Part shown: positions 44,588 through 54,243 of the stretch, piece by piece
Numbering within the stretch: the stretch's first letter is position 1
Layout: every line of letters begins with the position of its first letter
DNA from: Candidatus Falkowbacteria bacterium RIFOXYA2_FULL_47_19
GTDB lineage: Bacteria > Patescibacteriota > Patescibacteriia > Patescibacteriales > UBA12075
NCBI GenBank assembly: GCA_001780275.1
Contig: MFGB01000020.1
Span: 168,813-232,812 of the forward strand
Reading direction: 5' to 3'
Length of the DNA stretch: 64,000 nt
Position numbers and translations under genes: made by a program
Notes under the pieces: generated by a model
Databases searched by the model: none
What the model was told of the DNA's origin: nothing
Seen by the model: the letters and a program-made list of their open reading frames with translations, nothing else

Positions 44588-45649
44588 TTATTTCCCGATC
44601 AAGTAATTACATATATCCCCGTCCTGTATAATATAGTCTTTCCCCTCGGTACGAAGCCAGCCTTTTTCGCGGGCGGAAGATTCGCTTCCGGCCTCGATGA
44701 ATTTTTCCCAGCCGATCACTTCGGCGCGGATAAAGCCTTTTTCAAAATCAGTATGGATCACGCCGGCCGCCTGCGGCGCCTTGGATCCGGACCCGACCGT
44801 CCAGGCCCGGGTTTCGTCCGCCCCGGTCGTGAAAAAGGTGATAAGCCCCAAAAGAGAGTATGACGCCTGTACCAATTTATCCAGGCCGCTTTTTTGAAGC
44901 CCAAGTTCCTTTATATATTCGGCCTGCTCTTCCGGCGGGAGTCCGGCGATCTCTTCTTCCTGCTTGATATTCATGGTCAGGGTCGCCCCATCCCAATCCC
45001 GTTTGTTCTCCGTTGACGCGTCGTTGGCATTTAAAATATAAATTACCGGTTTTAAACTTAAAAGACTTAAACCCTTTAGCATCTTTTTTTCTTCATCGTC
45101 GTATTCGAGCGCGCGGGCCGGCTCGCCCCTATCCAAAACCGTTTTTAGTTTATCCAGCAATTTCTGCAGTTTGACGGCGTCTTTGGCGCCACTCTTGGCC
45201 TCTTTGGCGGTTTTAGCCAGTCTTTTTTCCACCGTTTGCATGTCTGCGAATATGAGCTCCAGGCTTATTGTATCATGGTCCCGTTCCGGGTCGATTCCGC
45301 CGTCGACATGAATAATATTATTGTCCGCGAAATCGCGCACCACTTCGCAGATCGCGTCGCACTCCCGGACATTGGCCAGGAATTGATTGCCTAAACCCTC
45401 GCCCTTGTGGGCGCCTTTGACCAGGCCGGCGATATCCACGAATTCGATCGCGGCCGGAATTATCTTTTTGGGTTTCGAGACCGCGGCGATCTTCGACAGC
45501 CGCTCATCCGGCACGGCCACGACCCCGACATTGGGATCGATCGTGCAGAATGGATAATTCGAAGCTTCCACGCCTTTCTTTGTTAACGCGTTAAACAGGG
45601 TCGATTTGCCGACATTGGGTAAGCCGACGATACCGATTGAGAGAGACAT
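44588..45649 (-). CDS. ychF: ribosome-binding ATPase YchF
   Basis: [30 protein letters not shown]-terminal TGS region. Confidence 0.95.
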   Translation of the reverse strand: MSLSIGIVGLPNVGKSTLFNALTKKGVEASNYPFCTIDPNVGVVAVPDERLSKIAAVSKPKKIIPAAIEFVDIAGLVKGAHKGEGLGNQFLANVRECDAICEVVRDFADNNIIHVDGGIDPERDHDTISLELIFADMQTVEKRLAKTAKEAKSGAKDAVKLQKLLDKLKTVLDRGEPARALEYDDEEKKMLKGLSLLSLKPVIYILNANDASTENKRDWDGATLTMNIKQEEEIAGLPPEEQAEYIKELGLQKSGLDKLVQASYSLLGLITFFTTGADETRAWTVGSGSKAPQAAGVIHTDFEKGFIRAEVIGWEKFIEAGSESSAREKGWLRTEGKDYIIQDGDICNYLIGK

Positions 45650-45700
45650 ATTTTTATGCTAATCTTATTAATGGGATCATTTAAATTCCTTTAAATCTTA

Positions 45701-45720
45701 CCAAACAAATATTTGTTTGG
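45701..45720. promoter_or_regulatory. 20-bp perfect palindrome CCAAACAAATATTTGTTTGG
   Basis: Lies in the divergent ychF / response-regulator intergenic region. A second palindrome, ATTGATT-ttt-AATCAAT, is at 45754-45770. Confidence 0.4.
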
Positions 45721-45861
45721 CAAATATTTAATATTAGCCTAAAATAAAATACTATTGATTTTTAATCAATTTTTAATTTTTTTATAATACAATATTATCG
45801 AATCATGCGGAGAATAGCTATTATCCGCGGTAAATTAAATAATAATTAAACAGTTAAAATT

Positions 45862-46575
45862 ATGACAATCTTAGTGGTTGAAGACGAAGTAAAAATAACG
45901 CGTTTTATCAAAAAGGGACTCGAAATGGAGCATTATACGGTTGACGTGGCTTATGACGGCAAAGAGGGCCTGGAAAAAGCGGAGATAAACAGCTATGACC
46001 TGATCATACTGGACATCATGCTGCCCAAACTGGACGGTATTGAGGTGTGCAAAAAGCTTAGAGAAAATAAAGTTGAAACACCCATAATAATGCTTACTGC
46101 CCGCGACACGGTCGATGACCGCGTGCGGGGACTCGATGCCGGAGCCGATGATTATCTGGTAAAGCCTTTTGCTTTCGGCGAGCTGGTCGCGCGGATAAGG
46201 GCCCTGCTGCGGCGCGAGAAGACCATAAAGACCACGAAGCTCCAGGTCGGCGACCTTACCCTGGATCCGGCTACGCACGAAGTTTTTCGCGGCGGCAAGG
46301 AGATCCAGCTGTCAAGCAAAGAATATCGTTTGCTCGACTATATGATGAGGCGTCCGGGCCTTGTCTGCACCCGCACCATGATCGGAGAGCATATTTGGGG
46401 ATATAACTTTACCGATGACTCCAACGTGATTGATGTTTATATCAGCTATCTCAGGCGCAAGGTCGATAGCGGCTTCAAGAGCCGCCTGATCCATACCGTA
46501 CGCGACGTCGGTTATAAGATCCAGGACAAAAGCCAAAAAATAAATAGCATAAAAAATGGAACAGACAAGCAATAA
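45862..46575 (+). CDS. OmpR/PhoB-family response regulator
   Basis: Receiver domain (DLIILDIMLPKLDG, LTARD, DDYLVKPF) plus a winged-helix output domain. Confidence 0.93.
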   Translation: MTILVVEDEVKITRFIKKGLEMEHYTVDVAYDGKEGLEKAEINSYDLIILDIMLPKLDGIEVCKKLRENKVETPIIMLTARDTVDDRVRGLDAGADDYLVKPFAFGELVARIRALLRREKTIKTTKLQVGDLTLDPATHEVFRGGKEIQLSSKEYRLLDYMMRRPGLVCTRTMIGEHIWGYNFTDDSNVIDVYISYLRRKVDSGFKSRLIHTVRDVGYKIQDKSQKINSIKNGTDKQ

Positions 46576-49075
46576 TAAAACGCTTGACTCCTTAGATGGC
46601 GCCTTGGATTTGATTTTGTCTAAGATCGGAAGTAGCGCCGGATATCCGGATGAAGAACTGGCGGCAATGGGGAATGTACTGGAAAAAGCGGGACTGAGTT
46701 TTGTTTTGCACGTAATCAGCGGTAACAAGACCGCCATCAAGCAGCAAAGGATCCATCCTGATCACGTATCTTTTTTTTCCAACAAAGCCTTTTCTTTTTC
46801 ACGCGAAGAATTATCGCGCTATAAAATAGTTAAAGAGCCTGTTTTTGCTTCTGCCGGCGATCGGCCGATGAATTCCGTGGTCGCCCCGGTAATTTTTAAT
46901 GACAGCCTGATCGCTTTTTTTGAATTCTTTTCTTTCGACCTTAAAGAGAAACATGCGGGATTTTTTAAAAAAATAACACATAGGCTGGCTCCGCGCATCG
47001 TGAGTCTTTTTTTATTGGGCGGGTTAAATAATGATAAATATCAGGATCTTTTCCACAATGCCGTCGACGCCATCGCCATCATAGATAAAAACGGCTATAT
47101 CACGCTTGCGAATCCGGCCGCTCTTAAGTTATTCGGTTACGAGGAAGAAGCTTTGGAAGAATGTCATTTTTCGCGATTTATCCACCCCGATGATTGCGCC
47201 CAGATATTGCGGATATTTCACGATCTTGTGCTGGGAAAGAAGAAGATCCGTTTTACCGGCGAAACAAGGATCGTGGATAATTTTAATAACATAAAATATT
47301 TCAATTACGCGGTTACTGGGATTAGGCGAGACGGAAAAATAACCGGTTTCGAGGTTATCGGACGCGACGTTACCGAAAACAAGAAGCTTATAGAGGATAT
47401 AAGGCAAGCCAAAGATCATTATGAAAGCATTATCAACACCATTAAAGAGGGTATTGTGGTAATAGATAAAAATCAGACCATCACCAGTTGTAATAAGGCC
47501 TTTATCTCCAGGGTCGGATTGCCTTTCGATAAAATCAGGGGGCAAAGATGCGATAAAATGCTCGTTCGTTATGACGGCGGCGTCTTGGAAAACCGCTGCG
47601 GCCGGAAGGGGTGCTTTCGGGGATGCGGGATCAAAAAGGTTTTTTCGGAGAGAAAAGCCTTTATATACACGGAAACCAACCATGATAAAACCGGGCTTAT
47701 CCGTCATCACCAGATAAGCGTTTTTCCCACCGAAAACAGGCAAGGAGAAATTTATCAGGTGGTCATGTCCATACGGGATATTACGAACAGAAAGGAGAAC
47801 GAGAGAAGCCTTATCAAGTTAAACGAATTTAATCGCCGCATCCTCGACAACGCGCCGGTCAGCATTATAGTTTTAGACAAGAAGGGATTCATAGTGACCA
47901 TCAATAATTTAGCCGCCGTGATCATAAACGAACCGGTCAAAAAGATTATCGGCAGTAAACTTATCGAAGATTCCAGCATAAAAAAATTCGACGATCTGGT
48001 GTGGAGCTATAAGGAGTTATTGCGAAAAGGAAAGTCTTTTTATTATAATAATATGCCCTACCGGCATGCTTCCGGGCGACAGAGATATTTAAATATCGTC
48101 GCCGTTCCGCTGTTGGATAAAAACAAGAAAGTTGACGGCGCTATTTCCATGGCCCTGGACAACACCGAAACGGTTTTAGCTAAGCAAAAGCTGGAGAATA
48201 TGAACAAAGACCTGGAGAAAAAGGTCAAGTTGCGCACCCAGGAGCTTAATATCGCCAACCATACGCTCAAGACCGCTCTTGAGTCCAAATCAAAATTCAT
48301 GGCTGACGCCTCGCACGAGATCAGGACCCCTTTGACCATCATCAAGGGCAATCTTGACCTGGCTATTTGGGGGGCGAAAACGGAGAGCGGGGAAATTCCG
48401 GAAATATTCCTGCTGATCGACAAAGAGATAAAATTCATTACCAATATATTATCCGATCTGACCATGCTTACCAATATAGATTCCAACACCGAGAGGCTTA
48501 ATCTGGGAAGGGTTAATTTAGGAGAGTTGATCGAAGGGGTGGGGGCGTCTTTGCGGGCGGTCGCGCGGGAAAAAGAAGTTGCCCTAAAATATCCGACTAA
48601 ATACAGTCGGAGAAATGGCGCAAATTGGTCTTATTCTGCCCGATGGGAAAAACTGGAAATAACCGGTGATCGGGAAAAACTGGAAAAATTGCTTTTAAAC
48701 CTCATGCGGAATGCCATTAAGTATTCGAAAAAACAGGGTTATGTCAAGGTTTGGGCCGAAAGCGACAAAAAAGGAGTCCGAGTAATAGTAGAAGACAACG
48801 GCATCGGCATACCGAAGAGCGATCTTCCGCATATTTTTGAACGTTTTTTCCGCGTCAATCGAGTCAGATCAAGAAGCGAAGGCGGCACCGGCCTCGGTCT
48901 TGCGATATGCAAATGGATAACCGAAACGCACGGCGGAACCATCTGTGCGGAAAGCGTACTTCACCAAGGTTCGAAATTTACGGTCTTTTTGCCATTTCAG
49001 GCGGCCAGAGGGGCGAACAAAGAGGTCCTGAACCAGCCTTGGTTTTTGCGCGAAAAACCACACATTACGGCATGA
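46556..49075 (+). CDS. soluble multi-PAS sensor histidine kinase
   Basis: No TM segment. Three PAS-like repeats. H-box ADASHEIRTPLT. N box NLMRNAIKYS. G boxes DNGIGIP and GGTGLGLAI. Overlaps the response regulator by 20 nt. Confidence 0.9.
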   Translation: MEQTSNNKTLDSLDGALDLILSKIGSSAGYPDEELAAMGNVLEKAGLSFVLHVISGNKTAIKQQRIHPDHVSFFSNKAFSFSREELSRYKIVKEPVFASAGDRPMNSVVAPVIFNDSLIAFFEFFSFDLKEKHAGFFKKITHRLAPRIVSLFLLGGLNNDKYQDLFHNAVDAIAIIDKNGYITLANPAALKLFGYEEEALEECHFSRFIHPDDCAQILRIFHDLVLGKKKIRFTGETRIVDNFNNIKYFNYAVTGIRRDGKITGFEVIGRDVTENKKLIEDIRQAKDHYESIINTIKEGIVVIDKNQTITSCNKAFISRVGLPFDKIRGQRCDKMLVRYDGGVLENRCGRKGCFRGCGIKKVFSERKAFIYTETNHDKTGLIRHHQISVFPTENRQGEIYQVVMSIRDITNRKENERSLIKLNEFNRRILDNAPVSIIVLDKKGFIVTINNLAAVIINEPVKKIIGSKLIEDSSIKKFDDLVWSYKELLRKGKSFYYNNMPYRHASGRQRYLNIVAVPLLDKNKKVDGAISMALDNTETVLAKQKLENMNKDLEKKVKLRTQELNIANHTLKTALESKSKFMADASHEIRTPLTIIKGNLDLAIWGAKTESGEIPEIFLLIDKEIKFITNILSDLTMLTNIDSNTERLNLGRVNLGELIEGVGASLRAVAREKEVALKYPTKYSRRNGANWSYSARWEKLEITGDREKLEKLLLNLMRNAIKYSKKQGYVKVWAESDKKGVRVIVEDNGIGIPKSDLPHIFERFFRVNRVRSRSEGGTGLGLAICKWITETHGGTICAESVLHQGSKFTVFLPFQAARGANKEVLNQPWFLREKPHITA

Positions 49076-49102
49076 TTTTTACGAAAAAGGAAAGGTTTTT
49101 CA

Positions 49103-49123
49103 CCCGCCCGGAGGCGGTTTTTT
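49103..49123 (+). terminator. intrinsic terminator
   Basis: CCGCC-cgga-GGCGG followed by TTTTTT. Confidence 0.7.
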
Positions 49124-49192
49124 GTCGCTTGATTTTTTTTTGATATTAAGGTAATATTAGAATTAATAATACATTAAATTTAATGCATCTTT

Positions 49193-50002
49193 ATGCTGGA
49201 AAGACTATTCAGACGGAACAACAAGGAGCGGTCGCCGCACCTTGCCGAAAATGACGAATCGGCAGAAGCCGTCAAAAAGGAAAAATTGCCGGTCGTTTTT
49301 TTATCGCCGGCAGTAAAAGAAGAATTGGAAAAAAACAGCTTTTTACAGAAAGCCGTCGGTGATATTTATGAATTAGACGATGATCTGACCGCGCGGACCG
49401 GCGGCGCATATAATTTCGATACCTACAAGCACTCGCTTAATATCGCCAACTTGATCGCCGAAAAAGCGGAAAAACTGGCTATTGATCCTGCCGCGGCCAA
49501 ACTCATGATCCGGGCAGCCATCATGCATGATGTCGGAAAAACAAAAATGCCGGCCGAAGTCCTGACCCGTCCGACCAGCTTGACTGCCGAGGAAAAGGCT
49601 GTGCATGTCAGGGAGAGCGTGAAATACTTGAAGGATGTCATTGCGCAAAAATCTCTTTCTTCGGAAGAGGCGGAAGAATTCGAAAAATTACTCTATATTG
49701 TGGGCGGCCATCACAATGAGGACGGTTATCCCAGAAAGGGTCAGGAAAGAAGAAGGGGGGGCGAACCGATACAGTCAGAATCCGAACGCCGCTCCCGCAG
49801 CCGGCGGCGTGATTTCGGTCCGGAAACGGAAGACGCGCGTCGTTTTTTCGCGGAATTTGATAAATACGAAAGTCTGCGAAGCCCCAGGGTCTATAAAGGG
49901 TCACGGACCGCCGAAGAAATTGAAAGCTTATTGTCCAGTATATTTGTGCGCTCCGAAGACGGCAAAAGAATAGAGGCGCTTCTGGAAAAAACCCCGTACT
50001 GA
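49193..50002 (+). CDS. HD-GYP-type phosphohydrolase domain protein with Arg/Ser/Glu-rich insertion
   Basis: IMHDVGK (HD), GGHHNEDGYPRKG (HHExxDGxGYP-like), downstream EFDKYESLRSPRVYK (DxYxxLxSxRxYK-like). A ~30-aa charged insert separates the last two. Confidence 0.7.
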   Translation: MLERLFRRNNKERSPHLAENDESAEAVKKEKLPVVFLSPAVKEELEKNSFLQKAVGDIYELDDDLTARTGGAYNFDTYKHSLNIANLIAEKAEKLAIDPAAAKLMIRAAIMHDVGKTKMPAEVLTRPTSLTAEEKAVHVRESVKYLKDVIAQKSLSSEEAEEFEKLLYIVGGHHNEDGYPRKGQERRRGGEPIQSESERRSRSRRRDFGPETEDARRFFAEFDKYESLRSPRVYKGSRTAEEIESLLSSIFVRSEDGKRIEALLEKTPY

Positions 50003-50026
50003 GAACGAGTTTTTAAGAATAATAAA

Positions 50027-50057
50027 AGAGGACCGCATGGCGCAGTCCTCGTTTTTT
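50027..50057. terminator. hairpin terminator between convergent genes
   Basis: GAGGAC...GTCCTC stem followed by GTTTTTT. Confidence 0.65.
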
Positions 50058-50068
50058 ATTTTCGATGT

Positions 50069-50263
50069 TTATTTGAAAAATTCCACCATCGCCTCGTCCG
50101 GTATGGCTCCGCAGTTAAAATCGAAAGACCGGTAAGTTATGCCGTTTACGGTCGCTCGTTCATAACGGGTGCGGTCTTTGATCAGCCGCTGTAGACGGGT
50201 TAAATTAAGGTTCGGTTCCCATTTTACTTTATTTTCGGTTTTATCCCTGATCACGGTGATCAT
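50069..50263 (-). CDS. ThiS/MoaD-like beta-grasp protein without C-terminal Gly-Gly (paralog 2)
   Basis: 64 aa. Alignable with the neighbouring 65-aa protein (MITV...W.P.L.L......VNG....DF....IPD.A). Ends ...VEFFK. GGAGGAG SD upstream. Confidence 0.45.
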   Translation of the reverse strand: MITVIRDKTENKVKWEPNLNLTRLQRLIKDRTRYERATVNGITYRSFDFNCGAIPDEAMVEFFK

Positions 50264-50283
50264 GGCCGACTCCTCCGCGACGT

Positions 50284-50481
50284 TCAGCCTCCGGCTATGG
50301 ACATAAGTTTTATAACGGCTCCGTCGGGTATTATGTGATTTTCGAAATCTTTCCTGGCTATTCCCCGGCCGTTCACGTAAATAAGTCCGACCGGAGCTAT
50401 GATCTTCAAATCCGTGAGCATTTGCTTCAGGCTTAAATCCGGCCGCCAGGGATAGTTCGCGCCTTCAACCGTGATCATCAT
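50284..50481 (-). CDS. ThiS/MoaD-like beta-grasp protein ending in Gly-Gly (paralog 1)
   Basis: 65 aa. Has the VNG....D..L.DGD/A-type pattern and a C-terminal ...SIAGG. Overlaps the aor stop by 17 nt. Confidence 0.55.
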   Translation of the reverse strand: MMITVEGANYPWRPDLSLKQMLTDLKIIAPVGLIYVNGRGIARKDFENHIIPDGAVIKLMSIAGG

Positions 50482-52771
50482 TTTTTTCTTTCCGGCGCGT
50501 TTTTTGGTAAGCTTGCCAGACCTCTTTCACGCCTGGAAGGTTGTAAAGTTTTAGGAGTTTCAGAGTCTTCAGGGTCGGCACGCCGTCGGGGTTATAACCG
50601 CGTTTTTTGTACACGACATTTTTCAGTTCTTCATAGGCGGAGATCCGATAACGCCGCAGTATTCCCACTTTTAGCCTGGTTTCGGTATTTTTCATGCTCA
50701 GAACCATGAATTCCGTAAAAGCCGCATCTACAGCTTCGGCTGAAGACAGATCCAGTTTATCGAAGTTCTTGATAAAGCGGGATGCGTTTTTCAATGATTC
50801 GGCTTTATCACAGGGCCACTCAGACGAAACCGCTTTTGCCAGATCATTATCATAATTTTCTTCGTCGTGCAGATACTCCTCGATTGTCGCCGGACCCATC
50901 GCCCGGTAGGGAATAGCGTCGTGCTGTCTCCGACCGTAACCCATGCGCAGATTAAAGAGGCGGTGGAAAGTATAGCCTTGGCGGCTATTCGCGAGTATTT
51001 CGTCAACGGTCATGTTCTTGCCGGTAACCGTGTTCCAAAGGTCGCGGTATCTTTCGACATGTCCCATGACCTTGGCCGGTTCCGCGCTTTGTTTGTTATC
51101 TGCCGGTTCGATATCGTTCCAGGGCAGTTTACATAGCCCGACCTTTTGGAACCAGTCGCGCCACTCGGCGAACCATCTGAGATAATCGGCCTTTTGCCGG
51201 AAGGACGGCATGCGGTTATGGATCATGTCCGAGAAGATATGCCAGCCTTCGTGGTGCTGGTTCTTGTTGGCGAGGCCGTAGCCGCCCTGCTGGGCGAGCG
51301 AGCGCTTGGTGATGTACATGGAAAATTCCATGCCCTTGCTTGCCATCGCGATATCGTTTATAAGAGCGGTCTGTTTTTCGCTTAGATTCCGGTCGGCGAT
51401 GATCGCCTGTTTCAGGCGTTCAACGCCTAAACCGGCCAAGCGTCCGAAGCCCTGTCCCTCGGCTATCAGGTGCAGTAGTGCCAGAGCCGCCCGTTCGTTG
51501 CCGAAGCACAGGTCTAGACCTTGGACATAGGCCGCGTCGATCAAGCCGTGTTCAAAACAATCCATGGCAAAACCGATGGTCACGCCGGCGGAGATCGTGT
51601 CGAGGCCGTAAGCGTCGCAATAAAGATTGAACTCGATGATCGCGTCCGGCGAAAAAATACCCTGAGTGGTGCAGGCGCCGATTGTCTCGTATTCAGGACC
51701 ATCCACGAAAAATTCTTTCCCGTGGAACGGTCCGGTCTTCGGGACAAAGCCCTTGATGCCGTGTGCGCAGGCCAGTTTGCATCCCTTCCAACAGCCGTCA
51801 AAACCTTTGTCAAAGCGCTTTTCAAAAACATCTTCGTAAAGACCGGCCGCATCCGGGTGGCTGCCCAGGGAAAAATTATTGACCGGCAGGCACTTGGCGT
51901 CGTTCATGTATTTGACGATGTGCGTCGTTCCGACAACGGACATCCGGTTCATCTTCGGATCGCGTTCGTCGATTTCGCGGTTATACCATTGAATGGTTTT
52001 TAGCAGGGCTTCGCGGTCAGCAGGATCATTGTCGCTTATTTTGAGGCTATCCCAGCGTCCGACGATGGCTTTGATATTTTTTTGCGCCATGACGGTGCCG
52101 TTGCCGTTCCGGCCCGCCTGCTTTAAACGATGCCGGCCGCGTTTAGCATCGTACCAGCTGATGTTAATGCAGCCGAAGTTGGAATTTTTTGCGCCCGGTC
52201 CGGTTGATACCACGGAAATATTTTCCGGGTGTTCAGGGTCAAAGAATTCCGCGAGTCCGGCGGTCAATCCGTAAGAATCATCAGGCAAACCCGAACACTC
52301 GTAAAATTCCAGGCGGCTATTCACGCCGTCGATAAAAATTACGGTTTCGCGGCTCGCGATTCCGGAAACTGCCATCGCGTCAAAGCCGGAAAATTTCATA
52401 AAAGCCCCGAAGTAGCCGCCGACATTGGAGTCTCCGGCCAGCCCGGATAAAGGAGAAATTGAAGTGACAATGCTTTTGCCGGCGCCGGGAAAACCGGGCG
52501 TTCCGCAAAGAGGACCGGAAGCGATACAAAGGGTGTTCTCCGGATCGTTCCATTTCGTCGGACCATCCGGATGCTCAATGCCGCGTACCGCCTCCCAAAG
52601 GAGCCAGAGATTAAAGCCGCTTCCGCCGATAAAGATATCCTTTATCTTTCCTGGATAGTCTTCAGAGCGGAGCGATAGGTCATCGAGCTTTATCTTGAGA
52701 AACCGATCGGTATACCCGTTCTTTACCGGTTGTCGGACATAAGGTTCGCTTTTTATCAGCTTTAACTCCAT
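50465..52771 (-). CDS. aor: aldehyde:ferredoxin oxidoreductase family (tungsto/molybdopterin) enzyme, long form (768 aa)
   Basis: AFOR N-terminal domain; GPEYETIGACT (EYET); CDAYGLDTISAG (DxxGLD pterin motif); Cys cluster GCWKGCKLAC; C-terminal KKRGYNPDGVPT. AAAGGAGGG SD upstream. Confidence 0.9.
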   Translation of the reverse strand: MELKLIKSEPYVRQPVKNGYTDRFLKIKLDDLSLRSEDYPGKIKDIFIGGSGFNLWLLWEAVRGIEHPDGPTKWNDPENTLCIASGPLCGTPGFPGAGKSIVTSISPLSGLAGDSNVGGYFGAFMKFSGFDAMAVSGIASRETVIFIDGVNSRLEFYECSGLPDDSYGLTAGLAEFFDPEHPENISVVSTGPGAKNSNFGCINISWYDAKRGRHRLKQAGRNGNGTVMAQKNIKAIVGRWDSLKISDNDPADREALLKTIQWYNREIDERDPKMNRMSVVGTTHIVKYMNDAKCLPVNNFSLGSHPDAAGLYEDVFEKRFDKGFDGCWKGCKLACAHGIKGFVPKTGPFHGKEFFVDGPEYETIGACTTQGIFSPDAIIEFNLYCDAYGLDTISAGVTIGFAMDCFEHGLIDAAYVQGLDLCFGNERAALALLHLIAEGQGFGRLAGLGVERLKQAIIADRNLSEKQTALINDIAMASKGMEFSMYITKRSLAQQGGYGLANKNQHHEGWHIFSDMIHNRMPSFRQKADYLRWFAEWRDWFQKVGLCKLPWNDIEPADNKQSAEPAKVMGHVERYRDLWNTVTGKNMTVDEILANSRQGYTFHRLFNLRMGYGRRQHDAIPYRAMGPATIEEYLHDEENYDNDLAKAVSSEWPCDKAESLKNASRFIKNFDKLDLSSAEAVDAAFTEFMVLSMKNTETRLKVGILRRYRISAYEELKNVVYKKRGYNPDGVPTLKTLKLLKLYNLPGVKEVWQAYQKTRRKEKNDDHG

Positions 52772-52832
52772 TTATCACCCTCCTTTTGATAAACAAGCCC
52801 CGGCTTAAGATGTCCAGGGCTTTTCATGTTTT

Positions 52833-54155
52833 TTATAGGCTTTTCTTGATAATCCGGATCGCTTCGTCCACATTCTCTTTGGTGAATGTGAGTGGAGGCC
52901 GGAAGCGGACAGAGTAGGTACCGCAGGATAAAGTAGCCAAACCGTTATCCCAGGCTTTGCGCCGGAATTCGTTCCGCGTCGCCGCGTCTTTGAAGTCAAA
53001 GGCGATCATAAGGCCGCGGCCGCGGATATTTTGAGCGTGCTTCGGGTCGTAAACCTCGGCGCGAAGCTTGTCCAGAAAATATTTACCGACCGTGGCCGCG
53101 TTGGCGACCAGATTGTCTTCGCAAATGATCTCGAGGTAGCGGGCTCCGCGCAGGAAATCCGCCAGATTCGCGCCCCAGGTGGAATTGATACGCCCGGACT
53201 TACGGAAGACGTTATCGGGAACTTCGTCCACGCGTTCGGTCGCCATAATCCCGCAAACCTGGGTTTTTTTTCCAAAAACCAGAATATCCGGTGTTACCCC
53301 GAAATGTTCGTAAGCCCACATCCTGCCGGTCAGGCCAACGCCGGTTTGCACCTCATCAAAAATCAGCATGATATCGTTGTCATCGCATTTTTGCCTTAGG
53401 GCTTTAAAAAAACAGGGACGGAAGTGGTTATCACCGCCTTCGCCCTGGATCGGTTCCAGGATGAGCGCCGCGATCTCCTGTCGCCGCATGGCTCGGTCGA
53501 TCTGGATCATTGCTTCCCGCTCGGCGCGTTGCACGCTAGTCGCGTTGCTTATCCGGCCGTCTTTGCCGAAACGAATTTTCGGGTTTGTGATCCTCGGCCA
53601 GTCAAATTTCGGAAAATATTCGGTTTTGACCGGATCGGTATTGGTTAGGGACAGGGTGTAGCCAAGGCGTCCGTGAAAGGCTTCTTTCAGATGCAATACG
53701 CCATATCCGGCCTTAGGAGGCAGGAAATTCGCATTCATCTCCTTGCGCGTCCGCCAGTCAAAAGCGACCTTTAAGGCATTACCGATTGCGGGTGCGCCGC
53801 CAGCTACAAAAAACATATATTTAAATTCTGCTGGTTTAGCGAACTCCGCGAAAGTTTTAACGGCCCAGGCGTATTCCGGACAGTAGATATCAGAGTTAGA
53901 CGGGTTGGCGATTGTGGCCCGAAACAAAGCTTTAAGAAAATCATCGTAAAACAGCTTGGGGTGGTTGTGTCCGATCGGCAAAGACGCGAAATAGCTATAA
54001 CAATCAAGTATTTCCTGACCGGTCACGGCATCAACTATATAGTTATCGTGGCTTTTGACGAGGTCAATCACGGTATGAAAACCGTCAACCAGTATATATT
54101 TTCCTAAGGTGTCCAAAACTTCCGCGGGCGGTATTTGGTATTTCACGTTTTCCAT
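52833..54155 (-). CDS. lat: L-lysine 6-transaminase (class-III PLP aminotransferase, LAT family)
   Basis: Blocks shared with characterised LAT: HGR.GYTLSLTNT, FPKFDWPRI, EPIQGEGGD.HFRP.FF, LIFDEVQTG.GLTG..WAY, FGKKTQVCG (PLP Lys), R.NSTWG.NL, RGRGLM.AF, VRFRPPLT. Confidence 0.9.
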   Translation of the reverse strand: MENVKYQIPPAEVLDTLGKYILVDGFHTVIDLVKSHDNYIVDAVTGQEILDCYSYFASLPIGHNHPKLFYDDFLKALFRATIANPSNSDIYCPEYAWAVKTFAEFAKPAEFKYMFFVAGGAPAIGNALKVAFDWRTRKEMNANFLPPKAGYGVLHLKEAFHGRLGYTLSLTNTDPVKTEYFPKFDWPRITNPKIRFGKDGRISNATSVQRAEREAMIQIDRAMRRQEIAALILEPIQGEGGDNHFRPCFFKALRQKCDDNDIMLIFDEVQTGVGLTGRMWAYEHFGVTPDILVFGKKTQVCGIMATERVDEVPDNVFRKSGRINSTWGANLADFLRGARYLEIICEDNLVANAATVGKYFLDKLRAEVYDPKHAQNIRGRGLMIAFDFKDAATRNEFRRKAWDNGLATLSCGTYSVRFRPPLTFTKENVDEAIRIIKKSL

Positions 54156-54243
54156 TTTTCCATCCTCTCTTTCCTTGCATGCAAAAACACCGAATTAATT
54201 TTCAAAGACCTTTTTAAAAAATTTTTATCTTAAATTTTCCCTT

